A stretch of DNA of 64,000 bases, from positions 186,001 to 250,000 of the forward strand of contig RSEE01000043.1 in the NCBI GenBank assembly GCA_003971905.1. The letters are read 5' to 3'. The notes below the pieces were generated by a model. It saw only the letters and a program-made list of their open reading frames with translations. It was not told the DNA's origin and did not search any database. This stretch comes from Moniliella sp. 'wahieum' (Eukaryota). How positions within the stretch are numbered: the first letter of the stretch is position 1; each line of letters opens with the position of its first letter. The position numbers and the translations under genes are program-made. Positions 1-12,551 of this stretch are shown here, piece by piece.

Positions 1-530
1 CTTTGTGATGATAAGCAGAAGCTGAAATGGCTCAGCGTAGACCTTGATAGCACGGAAGAATGAAGTGGCGGACTGGAGATAGAAGTGGTCCCTGAGCAAA
101 CAGAGTTTCACCCAACGCGATCTGCTGCATGAAAAAGAGTCGGCGCGCTGAGGTTCTTGAGGAATGGTGTCATCCAGCGCGGCACGGACGGTTTTAACCT
201 CAGCGGCAGCTGCTTCATCCAACGCCTTTCGGGCCTTTTCAGCGGCCTTCGTTTGAGCCTTCTGCAACTTCTTCTTCTCTTTGCCCAGGGAATGGCGGAA
301 GGAGGAAGAATGGCGCCGCCGGTAATCAAACCAGCTATAGGGCACCGCATGCATGTGCATGATAGTCAGCTCAAGCACACACCACAGTGGCATGTATCCC
401 CCTTGCTTTCGCCCCATAGACACAGAACAGGAAGGCACTCTCGCGATCGCCAGTATACTCACACCGCATAGCCCGCTACTGCGGTGGCGACGGTGACGCC
501 CGTGATGGCGACAAGGGTAGATGTCTTCAT
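1..530 (-). CDS. TOM20: Mitochondrial import receptor subunit Tom20 (5' part; runs off the window end)
   Basis: Exon 1 MKTSTLVAITGVTVATAVAGYAV, then a GTGAGT...CTATAG intron (~276-462). It continues WFDYRRRHSSSFRHSLGKEKKK and, after a 1-bp shift, FFMQQIALGETLFAQG...SATSFFRAIKVY. These match the Tom20 anchor, YFDYKRR motif and TPR-like core. Confidence 0.88.
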
Positions 531-1308
531 GGGGAGAAAGGGCAAAGATGTGGTGGATGGGGGGGCGTGCGTGCATGCACTACCGATTGGGAAAGAAAGA
601 GGTGAAGCGGTGTGAAGGGGCGATTGAGAGGTCTGGTTGGCTCGACAGGCCTCAGGCCTCACTAGCTCACTAGCACTCAGGCGTGAAGCTTGGAGCTCCT
701 GAGAGGTTCAGGGGTGCCGGGCAGGGTGTGGGCTGAGCCGCGGTCTGTGGTGGGCCCCAGGTGAGTGTCATATTCAGCCTCCCCTTCTGTGTGTAGCCGT
801 CCGAAAAGTTTACCCCGGCCCATTGCCTGCGGCTCAGGCATGTTTGCACATTTCATTGTGGGAGCGCAGCATTCAGGCAGGCGCCCACCCAGTGGCAAAC
901 GGCGAGGGGAAGCGGAACCCGGCGGGCGGCACAGCGCCACTGCCTGCCCCGCTGGCCACTCGGAGCTGGCCGGAAGCAGCCGAGCCAGCCACTGGCGCAG
1001 TGCCGGCAGTTTTGCGGCGGTGCAGGCGATCGGGTGTTGATGACATACCTGCTGACGACAGCGCCCACGTGCTCCCCAGGCGAGCGCGGAAGAGAAGCAC
1101 TGCCGCCGTGCCCGACACCGCATGGCGCCCGTCTTCCATGCTCCGCTCGGTGCCAGTCCGCCCGTGCCAGCTGGGCAGCCAAGCAAGCGGCGAATCTTCT
1201 CTGGCCGTGTTCCTTCGCCCCGCTCGCTCGCTGCCGCTTTGTATTTCCACCACCACCTCGTGTCCTCGTCCACCTGCCCCCCCCCCTCCGTCCTTGAAGT
1301 CGACCAAG

Positions 1309-2295
1309 ATGGCGTTTTCTCCCATGTTCCAGGCCCTCAACGCGCCCGTTTCGGCGTCGGCTTACCCTATCCACGCCCCTGCCGAGGGCGCCAAGGGCCC
1401 CCAGGGCGTGGAGCTCTACCTCCGCTTTGCCCTCGCCGGTGCCGTTGGCTGCGCCATCACCCACGGCGGTATGACGCCCGTCGACGTGGTCAAGACCCGT
1501 ATCCAGCTCGAGCCTGAGGTCTACAACAAGGGCATGATCACCGCCTTCCGCCAGATCATTTCCAAGGAGGGCGCCGGCGCTCTCCTGACTGGCTTTGGTC
1601 CCACCGCGACTGGCTACTTCATCCAGGGTGCCTTCAAGTTCGGCGGGTACGAGTTCTGGAAGAAGACCTTCATTGATGCCCTCGGCTACGAGACGGCCGT
1701 CGCCAACAAGGCTGCTGTCTACCTCGGTGCCTCGGCCGTCGCCGAGTTCTTCGCCGACATTGCGCTCTGCCCTCTGGAGGCTACCCGTATCCGTCTTGTG
1801 TCGGAGCCTGGCTTTGCTAACGGCCTGGTCGGTGCCTTCAGCAAGATTGCCAAGAACGAGGGTCTCGGTGGCTTCTACGCTGGCTTTGGCCCCATCCTCT
1901 TCAAGCAGGTCCCTTACACCATGGCCAAGTTCGCCGTGTACGAGATTGCGTACGAGAAGCTTGTTGCTATTTCTGGCAAGAGCAAGGAGGAGATCACTGG
2001 TGGTCTCAGCACCACGCTCAACTTGAGCGCTGGTGTCATTGCTGGTCTGGCCGCTGCCTTCATCTCGCAGCCCGCCGACACGCTGCTGTCCAAGATCAAC
2101 AAGACCAAGGCTCTCCCCGGCGAGACGACGACTGGCCGTCTGGTCAACATTGCCAAGCAGATCGGTCTCAAGGGTCTCTTCACCGGTATGGGCGCCCGTT
2201 TCGTCATGATTGGTACTCTTACCGCTGGTCAGTTCGCTCTCTACGGCGACATCAAGAAGGCCCTCGGTGCCACGGCTGGTGTCGACCTCAAGTAA
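1309..2295 (+). CDS. MIR1: Mitochondrial phosphate carrier (SLC25A3/Mir1 family)
   Basis: Intact intronless ORF from MAFSPMF. Carrier signatures [20 protein letters not shown] and QPADTLLSK; family motifs [17 protein letters not shown] and [15 protein letters not shown]; strong codon bias. Confidence 0.95.
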   Translation: MAFSPMFQALNAPVSASAYPIHAPAEGAKGPQGVELYLRFALAGAVGCAITHGGMTPVDVVKTRIQLEPEVYNKGMITAFRQIISKEGAGALLTGFGPTATGYFIQGAFKFGGYEFWKKTFIDALGYETAVANKAAVYLGASAVAEFFADIALCPLEATRIRLVSEPGFANGLVGAFSKIAKNEGLGGFYAGFGPILFKQVPYTMAKFAVYEIAYEKLVAISGKSKEEITGGLSTTLNLSAGVIAGLAAAFISQPADTLLSKINKTKALPGETTTGRLVNIAKQIGLKGLFTGMGARFVMIGTLTAGQFALYGDIKKALGATAGVDLK

Positions 2296-2846
2296 ATTGG
2301 TCACGTCGGTGCGTGAACCCCATTTGCCTCCCCTCAGGCGGCCGATGCTCTTCACAACCCCTGTTACGTGTCTTCCTTTTACTTTTCTCGTCCTACTGCC
2401 AGGGCAGATGCACTGCCCATGTCTGTATCTACTTGCATTCCATGACTGGCCTCGGGAGCAACCCACTGTTCTCGTCTCACCTGTTAGATGTTAGACCATC
2501 TCCTTACGGAAGCGTATAGCCTTTGGACAGGTAATGTCGATGTTGTCACCATGCCTTCGGGCGTCGCTGGCGAGATAAGATAAAAACCTTCCGGAGACGT
2601 GGTGAAAAAGGTGTACGTAATGCTGAGAAACTCTATCGTGTTCTACGACTCGCTGTGCGCATCACGCACGTCACGTGCTGGACATCTACAGGCCCTGATC
2701 GTCGTGGGAGTACCGCCAATATCCACCCCAGCGTACAACCAACCTGTTTTTATCTTCTGCCTTTGCACACATCCACTGTTCGCCCGACTCGGTGGCCCAA
2801 CAGACAGGAGGAACCACAGTATGCATAATATCCGCTAGGTACGCTC

Positions 2847-5611
2847 TCACTTGTAGCGCTTCTTCTCCTTCTCGTGCGCCTTGCGCAACCTCCGGCTCTT
2901 GGCTTGAAGCGACTCCTTTTCTTGGACCGCACTGCAAACGACTTTTGAACCATCTGGAAGTTCTTCCCTTCTTCTTTTGCTCGTTGGTCGACGAAGAGGG
3001 GTTGTCCTTGTTGCGCTTGCCCTTCTTGGACCCGAACTTTTCCCGGTCTTCCCGACCTGCCTCGCGCATTGCCTTGCGCTCCTCGTAGTCCTGCTTGGCC
3101 TTCTTGCGGGGGCCCAAGATATCGCCCGCATCAAGGAAGCCCTCATCGGCAGCGGAACGTTTCTTGCTCGCAGCCGCCTCTGCTTGAGCGCTGCAAGTTG
3201 ACGTTGGCAATAATCGAACCACCCTTGGCTGCCGCCTCGGCCGCGGACAGACGCAACTCGTCCAACTTGACAAAGTCGGCTGGAGTCAGGATCCGGGTAG
3301 TAGCAAGCTCTACCATCGCTTCTTTCCTGAGCCTTCAGAGCCAATTGGCGAGCTTCTTCCCGCGCTTGCTCCCGCTTGCTCTTGGCCGTCTCATTTTCCG
3401 CCTCGTCAGCCATGGTGGGCAAGCCTTCGCGCTTGCGCCGCCGATCCTCCCTTCGCTTGGCCTTCCATTCCGCTGCACGCTCCTTGGTACTGAGCTTGGG
3501 CTTCTTGCTTTCATCCTCACTGTCGGAAATGTTGATCCCCTCGTCTTCATCACTGCTAACGTTGATCCAGCCACCCGAGTCGTCACTGTCGTTGTCGCTG
3601 TCCGAGTCGGAATCCACCTCCCACCCGTCCCAATCCGCCTCGTCATCACCAGCCTCAGCAAGGTGTTTAACAAGCAACTCGAGCCCGGGGATCCCGTGCA
3701 CCTCGTCCTTCTTGACACCAAACGTGGTCTCCGTCAAGGCGTCCTTACCCGCCAGGTCAGCCATTGTGGCCTCCTTGCCCCGCTCCGCCTTTCGCAGTAG
3801 ACCAGGGTTCACTTCACGATACAGAGCTAGGAGACCACGCGAGGCGGCGATGATCCCCTTGTCCTTAGATTTGCGGTACTCAATCAGGTCCGACAACAGT
3901 TCTGGCGCATCGTCCATCACACTCGGCTGCCGGGCGCAGATCTCACGGACGGTATTGATACCAGCAGCGACCACCTCAGCTCCGACACCAGGGTGAACAA
4001 ACTCGTTGCTCACCTTTCGCACCACAGGAAGTAAAACGTCAGGTGGCGTTTGCTCGTGAATGGCCTGGGCAAGCGAGACGAGGATGAGAGTGACATGTTC
4101 TTGGGAAGGGCGTAGGAACTTCTCGGTGTAAGAGTAGAATCCAAGCACAGTAAGACTGTTGAGGCTGATGATCCGACTGAGCAATTGCAGAATGCGGACC
4201 TTGAGCTCAATCTTGTACCGTTTATCGTTTTTGCGCATGTGCTCAAACAGCTTCTCTGCAAACGATTGTGGGTCGTGCAGCAGATCAAGCGCCACGCATT
4301 AAAGTGTCCGTCACCACCGGCGCCAACTCCAGCCTCCTCTTCCTTCTTACGCCGCATCCGCTTGGCCGCAGCAGCGGCCATCCGCATTTTCCGGTCGCCA
4401 CCACGGGTCTTCCGGTTGACTTTACGCTGGTGCTGCAGCTTTCCCATGTCGGGAGCGACGGCTTCTTGATCGTCGCTGTCGTCCCCATCTTCTTCATCCG
4501 AACCTTGGTTCTCCGATGCGTGGAGATCACCCAGGAAAAAACGGACACAGGACGACTGAACCTTCTGGTTGGGATGGAAGCAGCCCTCGGCAATAATCTG
4601 TACAGTGCGGGCATCACGCCTGAAAAAGAGGGGGAACAGAGTCAGTTGACTTGCGCTTGTTTTAATAAAAACACAGAGGTCAGAATGTTGTTTCAAACAT
4701 ACCAAATGTTTTTCCTCCACAACTCGGCAGCGAGCTTGACCGCCCACATAGCTTCACTTTTCTGCATGTTCTCCTGGGTTTGGTTGCCCTTGGACCCATA
4801 GGAGACCGTGTTGGTGCTGTTGGCAATCTTACCAGCCTCAATGCCCTTTTGCATGAGGTTAAAAAGCCAGTTCTGGACTTGACGGTTGAGGGCGATATTT
4901 TTAGACTTGAGGTTGGCCGCTTTGAGCTGCATCAGGATCGTCTTTTGAACATACTGCCGCAACGTCGCCGAGGTAGTCAACGAGAGCAGAGGCAGAAGAG
5001 TCTGAAGTAGTCTGGGGAGAGAAGCGAGATTTCGTAAGTAAACAAAAAACATCTCTGCAAGCGAACAGGATTGACTACTACTCTTCCGGCTTCATGTAGT
5101 CGTGATGGCAGAGCATTACCAAGCTCTTGGCACAGGCCAGACGAATGTCGGGTGTCAACGAGGCATGATGCTTGAGCAGAAGGTCCGAGAGCTCCTTGGT
5201 GAAATCCTTGGTGATATCGGGGTATGAAGGGGCAAGGTGAGTGACAAAATTGAGGATGGAAAGGAACTGGTTGTGCTCGTCCTTGGAAAGCCGCATGCTG
5301 GCCCCCAATGAACCATTGGCCCCCACGCCCAGAGCACCAATGTCACCCAGCGCAGCATTCGCTCCAGCCGCAGCCGCAGCCACATCAATACCTGCGCCAA
5401 TATCGTTGCTGAGGATACGACGCAGGCCTTGGAAGTGGTTCCACTGGGCTACAAAGTCGTCCTGGTACCCTTTCGGGTCGCGCTTCAGCAGATTCTGCAG
5501 CGCAGGCAGGTTGCTCGTATTGAGCAGGCCACGCGACTTGGAGCGAAGACGCAGGTCATCATCCATCCCTCCAGTTGCGTCCTGGCCATTCCCCTTGGAA
5601 ACGCTCGCCAT
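2847..5611 (-). CDS. SDA1: SDA1 pre-60S ribosome biogenesis protein
   Basis: NLPALQNLLKRDPKGY, ELWRKNIW-DARTV, FVHPGVGAEVVAAGINTVREICARQP and a C-terminal SSTNEQKKK...F.M motif. Introns at ~5011-5081 and ~4621-4701; several 1-bp shifts. Confidence 0.93.
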
Positions 5612-6057
5612 CTTGCTAGAGATGAGGAGAGGAGGTGGGGAGAGTTGGGGGTGGTAGACGGGGCGGTTGCTTGACCGGCAAGCAGGTGCCAGCTCCTCTG
5701 CCAACCGGACCAAAAAATTAAAGCGCCGCTTCCTTCCGCTGCGGAGTTGCACCGGTCATATTTAACGGATTCACACTGAAACGTTCAGATCTTGGAGTCC
5801 TATCCTTTCAGTTCCGCCCGCGGCAGCTACTACGCGTGACGCATTTACGTGTTACGCGTTCCGCGTTATACGCGAAACCATCCAAGAGCTCCCTCTGTTG
5901 TTCGTCCTTACCCTTTATTAGGTCTTCGTGGATGGGGGAATGGATTCCGCCTCATAGAGTGCGATCATCCACGCGCACAGTTTCCTGACATTACACTTTC
6001 TACAGTCACGTACGACACATGTGGGGGTGTCATGCATTATGATGGCCAGAAACTTTC

Positions 6058-7602
6058 CTAGCTTTCATGCACTACACCTGAACTGAACAAGTTCTTGATC
6101 CCTTGCTTGATGTTGTCCGCATCCTTGAGAGCGTTGGAGTGGATATTGGCGTGGAATGCTTCGGTATCCTTCCGGACCGCAGCGTACTTCTCCATCACAC
6201 CCAACGCAATCAGCGACTTGGAGAACTTGCATTGGGACAAGTCCACCCCGGCCTGGGACAGAGCTTGGACAAACACCCTAAACTGTTCGGAACCTGTGCG
6301 GTAGTGTCCGCTGAGCGGTGATAAGGAGCGCAGCACTCCCTCTTGCACCTGAATCAACCCGGCCGACAACACCCGACCGCCGTTGAGGAACGAGCTGTGC
6401 TGGAACTTACCTGGCGTCTTTTGCCCACATACAGCTCCAGGTTTTGGTTGCAAACGTAAATCCTGAAAAGTAGGGCAGGAAAAAAGGGCGTCAGTCGTGT
6501 GTTTATATTGCTGTAGATACTGTGGCAATCGAGAGGTGAAGGTTAGTACTGAGAGGTATATACGAACCAGGTGTTGGATTTGATGGCCTTGCGCGTCAAC
6601 TTGTCCGCCCACCCGGCAGTGGTGAGTGACTTGAATGGGCCATGAGCGCTCGCCATGTTGGTAGAATAATGGGTGGTTGTCCTTCTCTTCGTCAGAGTTT
6701 CCGTCTGAGCTATACTTGCTCCAGTCGGACTCGAACGACGAAGACGATTCGCTCGAATTCCGCCGCCGAGCTTCGTCACGGGCGTCCTGAGCCTCCTTCT
6801 CGCTTAAGGGACCGATGCCCCGTCCCTCGCCCAAATCCGTCCAGCGGTAAGGAGATGTATCGACAAACTCGCCGTTCCTGCGAAAGACAAGGCGTCCATT
6901 TGGGTCCACGTCGACAATGTAGTTGCGTCGCTGAGATGCGGACAAGTAAGTAACACGTTCCGAGTCGAGTTGAGCCCGAGGGCAGGAGGGTAAGTCGACC
7001 TGTTTCCCCTCCCCATGATCAAGCCAGTAGAAAAAGTTTTCGTGGGAGGAGCTAGCGGACCACTCGACATGGTAATGCTTGAGGTTGGAGCCATATCGAT
7101 GATGCTTGTCCACCAGTTCAAGCCAATAACTCTGATCCATCACCTTCCCATCCTCTCCTTCAGTTCCGGGTTTACCACTCTCAGCCCAAAAACGTTCGAT
7201 CCAGTGCAAACTCTTCTCCTGAGCAGCGTGCAAGGACACATTGGCCTTGGTTTGCGGCACGAGGGAGGGCCCCCCGGCTACAGGTCCATCGGGCTTCTCC
7301 GCCGCATCCTGAGCGCTCTGCTCGTTCGCGGACGCAAAATCCTCATTGCCATCTGGTTGGCATGAAGCATGCGGCCGCCCAGCCAGCTGCTCAACGTAAA
7401 ATGTGCCGCGCTGCCAACGGCTGCGGCGCACCGGGCTGGTGGGAGCGGGATTGGCGCTGCGCCTCCTTGCTAGCTAGCGAAGTGAGCGTCTCGATCCATA
7501 GCTGGTCCGCATGCTCATCGGTCGGTGCGACTTCATCGAGACTTGTGTAGCAGTAGCCTCTTGTTGCTCCTCTTGTTGATCCGTGAACGGCAGGGCAGAC
7601 AT
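6058..7602 (-). CDS. IQM-type (IQ calmodulin-binding motif family) fungal protein
   Basis: YWLELVDKHHRYGSNLKHYH..W..S.SHENFFYWLDHGEG and FQHSSFLNGGRVLSAGLI...LSPLSGHYR. Intron at ~6463-6565. The start codon (MSALPFTDQ) is tentative. Confidence 0.8.
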
Positions 7603-8359
7603 GATGGTGACGATAGGGTGGTGATCGTGGTGATGGTAGCGCGTGGTTGCAATGGCTTCTGTCGTTGTCGTTCCAGCGGCCAGTACTTATTAGTGGCAGG
7701 GGGTGGCAAACATGAGCAGTTCCAGGGGTTATACAAATTGGGCAAAAATAAGATTGTGTGTGGTCGGGCAGATGTAGGAGTCAACACGCCTCTGTGCCCC
7801 TTGCCACCCCATGCATCAACGAAACGTTAAACGTTAAACAATGCTGAGCCCGTCCGCCTCCTGGAGCTGTGAGACAGAGGCGAGCGCAGGTGCTTAGCCC
7901 TCTTCATTGGCTGTGGCTTCACATGTCACACTTATAGCATAGCAGCGTCAGTCTTTGAGTTTGCTATATAAATAGCCATCCAGCATTTTTGATCCCAGAA
8001 GTTGTCACGGCCTCTGTTCCGTCCCATCTTCAAACTAAACCTTTCATCAGCCTCATCTCGCTTAGTGTGTGGTGGATGTGGATCTCTCCCGGGGTGTGTC
8101 ACTATATACCAATCCACCCCCCCGCGTGCGCTTCGTCCATCCCCACCCCCTGCGTCGCCAGGCGGCCAGGATGTGATATCAGGGCTGTGTTAGGGTCATA
8201 AGCACAGTATGTTCTTATCCAGCGGTCGTGGGAGAAGGCGACGGAGAAGGCACCAGCTTGGGCCGAGGGGTGCTTTATGGCCCCGGGTGGAAAGTTTCAC
8301 CAAGCACGTGCCACCGCTTCCTGCTTTGGCCTTCGGTTGACGCTGGCTAGGTGGCTGAA

Positions 8360-11240
8360 ATGTTCAAGCGCGTACCCGTCGCAGGGCCCCTCGCCAAAGT
8401 GGCTCTCCTCGCATCCCGCCATCCCGCCTCCGCCGCCATGCACCGTCCCCGCCGCCAGGCAGCCACACGCGCCCTCGAGGCGCAGCGCGCGTCTTCCGCG
8501 GCCTACGATACAGATTCGGATGCTCCCGAGCCCAGTGCCCGCACCACCGGCTCTGCCGCCGCCGCTTCTAGCTCCGTTTCCTCACAGCTCGCGGCGGTAA
8601 GCGTGGTCGCGGCCGAGGACGCGGCGCTAGAGCAAGTACCACCCCTCGTCGACGCGGCGATGTGTCAGATGACTATGAGCCTGATGTTGCCAGCCCTGCC
8701 GAGTCGGATTGGGATACGGACCCGGACGCTGATGCTGGATGCGGATGCGGATGCGGATGATGGTGATGGTGATGGCGATGGCGATTTGGACGACCAATCG
8801 CCCCACCCGGCCTCCAGGAGCAGCAGTAAGAGAACCGCATCCCGCGCCGCCAAACCTTCCACCGCACGGAGACGCCAGGGCGCACTTCGGCTCAACAAAC
8901 GATCGATGGCGAAAGGGTGGGACCGCAACGGGTTCCACCAGCTCCCGGGCAAAGTCGAAATTGGCTTGAGCAACACTTACCTTCGTCGCGGTAGCCTCAA
9001 CATCTCCACGTTTGAACATGGTCGGCACCGCTCAATATGGGCACACCCTACCTCTGCCCTACCGTCTATCCCCGCATTGGTTCTACCGAGGCAACCAACG
9101 CGTCAGACTTGCCACCCTCGGCTGAACCCCAGCCGTCCTCTCCTTCTCCCGCTCCGGCTCCTGATTCGGAAAGCCAAGATATGGGCGGCCTGTTGACCCA
9201 AGAAGAGGCCGCATCGGGATGCGAAGCAGTGCCTTGGCCCCGAGATGGACAGGCCACTTGGTACCCGTTGGAGCTCAGGATTATCGTACACCCACCGACC
9301 GAGTTGGTAAATGGATCTCAGAACTATCCCATCCACCTCGGGCGCTGTTGGCCGACTATGCGTGGGTACCGGGAAAAATACCCCCGGGCACACCAGCTGC
9401 TGATCAGCCACTCCTTCCTCCCCCAGGCCCGCCACCACGTGCGGTCCAGGTAGGATTCACCCTCTTATCCCCCCAGTACGCTCTCTGCCTTCATCCCATA
9501 GAATGGACTGGGCTGTATACTGATGTTTGTTTCCCCTTTGATTTTGAACGGATCGCAGAGAAGCGGAGCAGAATCGACTCAAAGCCTTGACGATCATCCA
9601 GGACCGCAAGTCGATTCGGCCGAAGAGGAGAACGAGCGGGATCGCCTTTGGACCGGGCCGTGCCTGCCATCCATCTCACCTACGGCGCGCTACCGCAAGC
9701 CATCTCCGCGGGTGACGAGCAAACTCGTGTCGCGCCTCGTTCCGTCACGATCAAAGCAGGCCAAAGTGTGGAGGTGGAGGAAGGTGCTGACGCTGGGCTG
9801 AATCCGCACTGTTTCTACACGGGCGGATACACGTACGACGTGGCCTGCTGCCCGCGTGGCCTCAACGTGCTTGGACCCGAATACTTTGCCCTGTCCGTTG
9901 CGCATGACCCGGAACCGATAACCCTGTTGGGCGCTGCTGACTCCACTCCCCCGCCGGGCACGATCCAATTGTGGTCCGTGGACCCGATACCTGCGTCGGC
10001 ATCGGGACCAACGCAGGCGCCCCAGGTACAACTTCACTGGGTCCTCCATACCCCACAGGGCACAGCGTCGAAACTGGATTGGCGACCTTTGCCGGCTGGG
10101 GAGAGCGAGGTATACGGTCCGGATGTCTTGGGCCACCTAGCCGCCGTCTTTCCCGATGGCACGGCCCGTGTCTTCCAACTGCCCCACCCTGCTGCGGTTG
10201 AACGCCAGCTATCTTCCCCTTTGCCTGGACCCGCCCATCGAGGTCCCTCCCCTCCTCACCCTCGATTTGATCGAGACGCAAATTCTCTCGCTCGATTGGG
10301 GCGGGTCCAGTCGGTTGGCAACGGGCTGCGCGAATGGGTTTGTGGCTGTGTGGGACGTAGCTGCGTGCTTGGCTCGAGACCCAGAGATGCAACGCACACA
10401 TACCCCTCTCCTTCCTACTGTATACTTGCGTGCGCACGAAACGATGGTGACCCAAGTAAGCTGGGCGATGCACCCTCCCATCCAGCTCGCCGTACTGCCT
10501 CCCGCCCAGGCTGGAGGACCGGTCCAAAGTGCCGAACGGGCCGAATGGAACGCTGCGCCGCAAGAGCTCTACAGCGCCTCGCTCAATGGCACCCTTACAG
10601 TTTCCTATGTTTCGGGCAAACAAGCGAGATCCGATTGGGCATGGTCGGGGCCAGTACGCTGGCCTATGCTCTCACCTGGTCGCCCGTCACCGCTCTCCCA
10701 CTCGTCGAGGGCCCTTCCCACGCGCTCGTCTGCCTCTTCACCCGCCCGCCCAATTACGCTCGTACCCGCAAAGTCGGTACGCATCGCGCTCCGATTTCTT
10801 GCCTCGCTGCATCGCCCTTCCATCCGTTCGTCGCCTCCGGTTCGTTCGATGGTGCGGTCCGCGTACACAATGTCATGCGTAACGCCTTGACTCGTACCAC
10901 TCACCATCGCGCTTCGGTCCCGCTCTACCGTCTTGCCCTTTCCCTCCCCCTGCCCCTCCCTCAACGGCTTCCGCGACTCCTACAGCTACGACTGCGACTA
11001 CGGCCACAGCTACCTCGGGTTCTGACACCCGCACCTCTTCCCCATCTGCCCTTTGCACCTGGTCCAGTTCCTCGCCCCCGAGCTGTTGATCAACAAGAGT
11101 TTGGCGCGGTACGATTGGCCTTCCTCGGTCAGGTCACGGGCGTGGCCTGGTCCCAGGCCATCAACCGCGGTTACCTCCTCGTCTCGACCCATGCGGTTGG
11201 TATGGGCCGGGTCCAGTGGATTGGAAGTGGAAATGAATGA
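8360..11240 (+). CDS. TFIIIC WD40 subunit (Tfc6/Sfc6/GTF3C2-like)
   Basis: Low-complexity N-terminus followed by WD40 blades: FYTGGYTYDVACCP, GTIQLWSV, LGHLAAVFPDG, ILSLDWGGSSRLATGCANGFVAVWDV, LAASPFHPFVASGSFDG, VTGVAWS. Pieced across frameshifts and an intron near 9450-9555; start uncertain. Confidence 0.7.
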
Positions 11241-11971
11241 TGGCTTTCGGGGTGGTCAGCGTGGTTGGGGTACTGCCAAATGCACAGTCCTAGTGTGGCA
11301 ACGTGGGAACGGGGGAACAAGTGTGGTGGTCAGGAGGGTAGAAGGGTATAGGCAAACATGGGGTTGGGATTGATACTGCAAATTGTACACTGGCGATGGT
11401 ACGGTCCAAGAGGACGAACATAGCAGGGAGGAGGGGGTAGCACCCGCTCTTGAGGACTCCAATCCTGAGTCTAACGTCGGGGAGAAGACCTGGCGCAAGT
11501 GAGCTACGGTACTGAACTCGAGCTGGGCTGACCGAGAGCGTTCGAGCCCAGGCTGAGGGGAATGGGTACTGCGCATGAGGCAGTATGGCCAAAGCGAGCT
11601 AGCAAGGAGTGTTTCTCTCCCCGTCTCTCCATCGCGAGGTGAAATGAGGATGCTCAACGAGGAGTCTAAATGACATTGGAGGCGGATACAAATGGTCGCC
11701 AGCGGCCGTGCCTTCCTCATCAAGAGGGAAGCACAAGGCAGAATAAGACACAACAATAGGAAAAGGGGGGAAGCGCGGGGACCTTGCACCAGAAGGATTG
11801 GGGCAGGCCATATGGCGCATGGCAGCGGAGAGGAGACAACGACAATGTGGGAAGGATACGGAGAGCAGCAGCACAGCTGCAGCAGACAGGCAATACAGAG
11901 AGGGTGGAAGTGGGGGTGGGGGGAAACAAAATGAACGCAATGCACAACCGCATGGCATACGCGTTCCTCGA

Positions 11972-12551
11972 TTACCTCGGCATGGCCTTGGACGTCCGAC
12001 CGTACCGGCGCAACGGGCGGCGGGGGTGCAAGGTCGTTGCGTACGTATCGAGAATGGTTTGGAGAATGTAAGTGCCAGCCTGGTCGGTGCCCAGCAAGAC
12101 GCGGAGCGAGTTGGCCGTGATACCCTGGTTGAGCATGTGGGTACCCAGCTGGACAAGCTGGGTGACCTGCTGCTCGGTCGCGTTGGGTTTCGACGCTTCC
12201 TGGTACAGGTCAATGAACATGGGGATCTCGCCGACCGAGCGCGGCGGGCCACCACGGTCAGTGCGCTTGGTGGGCGCGGCAGGCAGGTCGCCCGCGAGCA
12301 AGTGGGCGGCGAATTGGGCCCCCTGGGACGTGGTGCCCGTTAGGATTTTGAGGTCGGGCGGGTGGTTAGAGTGAATGAGTTGGCCGAGGTGGACGAGCTC
12401 GGCTTGCTCCGAGGCGGTGAGGGCAGGGCCTTGGAAGTACTGGTGTTGCAGCTGCAAAAAGGCAGGCACGGTGCCGAGTTGCTGCTGCAGAGTGGCGGCC
12501 CAGGCGGCGGCGGCGGCGGCTGAGCGCAGCCAAGACAAGGGACACACGCAT
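11972..12551 (-). CDS. Small secreted protein with two ~60-aa internal repeats (candidate effector)
   Basis: MRVSLVLAALS(AAAAAWAA) signal-like start joins the 212-aa ORF frame via one 1-bp shift near 12520. Two alignable repeats are separated by KR. Confidence 0.65.

Noticed and set aside
853..2466. 537-aa antisense ORF
   Set aside because: Shadow of the codon-biased phosphate carrier on the opposite strand; no motifs.
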